Below, piece after piece: positions 63,140-64,000 of a stretch of 64,000 bases of DNA (its first letter is position 1; every line of letters begins with the position of its first letter). The stretch is from an uncultured delta proteobacterium (GTDB taxonomy: Bacteria > Desulfobacterota > Syntrophia > Syntrophales > UBA2185): NCBI GenBank assembly GCA_963695875.1, contig CAVOID010000010.1, positions 128,001 through 192,000 of the forward strand, read 5' to 3'. The notes beneath the pieces were generated by a model. The model made no database searches and was not told the origin of the DNA. It was given only the letters and a program-made list of their open reading frames with translations. The position numbers were made by a program, and so were the translations under genes.

Positions 63140-64000
63140 CTATGAAGGACTCTTCGCATCAAGCGATTCTACAAATTCTACTTCCCGCGGCACTTTATAG
63201 GAGGATAGATAGGTCCTGCAATGTCTTGTAATATCCCTTTCTTCTGCCGGCACATCCGGATTCCGAACAATCAGGGCCTTTACAATTTCTCCCCTTAACA
63301 GATCGGGTTTGCTGACAACCATGGCGGCCTTAACCGCAGGATGAAGTTCCAGAACCATCTCAACCTCCCGCGGATAGACATTGAAACCGCTTGTTATAAT
63401 CATCCTTTTTTTACGCCCGGTGAGGAATATGTATCCAGCCTCGTCAATCCTCGCCAGATCACTTGTATGGAGCCAGCCGTTCCTGATGACACGAGCGGTT
63501 GCCTCCTCATCCTTGTAGTAACCCTTCATCACATTCTCACCCCTGATGACAAGCTCTCCGATCTCGCTGCTTGGAACCTCATTATCCTGGTCGTCAAATA
63601 CCTTTGCCTCAACACCGGGAATAACAGTTCCGATTGATCCCGGCTTGTGCACCATATCCCGTCTGCCCACAGAACATACAGGGGATGCTTCTGTAAGACC
63701 ATAGCCTTCTCTCAAGATGACGTTAAATTTCTGCTCGAACACCGGAATAAATTCAGGCGGCATCGTTGAACCACCGGTAATGCAAAAATCTATTGAACTG
63801 ACATCATATTTTTCCGCATCGTTATGCATGATCATGCCCAAAAAAAGCCTGGGTACAGCGGCAATATAGGTGACTTTTTCCTTCTCGATAGTACTGAAAA
63901 TGGCATCCATGGTAATCCGATCCAAGCAGATACGATACTGGCACCAATTCGGATGGCAGCTAACATATTGGCCACAGCACCGAAGGCATGAAACAGAGGA
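63140..64000 (-). CDS. AMP-dependent acyl-CoA ligase, 3' part (runs off window)
   Basis: PLFHAFG near window edge, EGYGLTEASP, GWLHTSD, GRKKRMIITSGFNVYP. Confidence 0.88.
   Translation of the reverse strand, partial: SSVSCLRCCGQYVSCHPNWCQYRICLDRITMDAIFSTIEKEKVTYIAAVPRLFLGMIMHNDAEKYDVSSIDFCITGGSTMPPEFIPVFEQKFNVILREGYGLTEASPVCSVGRRDMVHKPGSIGTVIPGVEAKVFDDQDNEVPSSEIGELVIRGENVMKGYYKDEEATARVIRNGWLHTSDLARIDEAGYIFLTGRKKRMIITSGFNVYPREVEMVLELHPAVKAAMVVSKPDLLRGEIVKALIVRNPDVPAEERDITRHCRTYLSSYKVPREVEFVESLDAKSPS

Noticed and set aside
2026..63637. Numerous antisense and alternate-frame ORFs in the ORF track (e.g. 39242-40144, 35336-36148, 17599-18129, 44900-45508)
   Set aside because: They overlap well-supported genes on the other strand or frame and show no recognisable motifs.
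290..63925. Many split genes (truB, pnp, pilM/O/Q, holA, hflX, bioA, bioD, apgM, thiolase, ligase) as pseudogenes or programmed frameshifts
   Set aside because: Single-base indels, often at homopolymers, hit conserved and essential genes whose motifs are otherwise intact; best explained by long-read consensus error.
1..64000. tRNA, rRNA, prophage or transposase genes
   Set aside because: None recognised on reading; tRNAscan-SE and HMM searches would be needed to exclude them formally.

Overview
Chromosomal window from an anaerobic deltaproteobacterium, most likely Syntrophales-like (inferred from EtfAB plus a DUF224-type oxidoreductase, DUF39, acyl-CoA ligases and thiolase). Many genes, including essential ones, are split by single-base indels, which points to unpolished long-read errors rather than pseudogenes. 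Gene order: nrnA-truB-rpsO-pnp-M16 peptidase-dut-DUF39; a type IV pilus locus (small HTH, ftsB-like, pilMNOPQ, TPR pilotin) converging on a dsbC-fimT-pilVWX-pilY1 operon that sits under a GEMM-I (c-di-GMP-I) riboswitch; housekeeping genes (pepP-like, gcvH, lipoate ligase, hisC, rpsU, LOG, holA, NYN); acyl-CoA ligase, acyl-CoA dehydrogenase and waaA; a four-subunit 2-oxoacid:ferredoxin oxidoreductase; a TMTC-like GT-C protein, hflX and a porin; a BirA-controlled biotin operon with its own fatty-acid-synthase-like genes; acs-etfB-etfA-DUF224, further ligases, apgM and a thiolase. Best leads: (1) an unannotated leucine-rich leader-peptide attenuator in front of the 2-oxoacid oxidoreductase operon, implying a biosynthetic (reductive carboxylation) role; (2) a biotin operon with a dedicated ACP/KAS/KR/two dehydratases/nitroreductase module in place of bioC/bioH/bioW; (3) several families of small palindromic intergenic elements nested inside one another.
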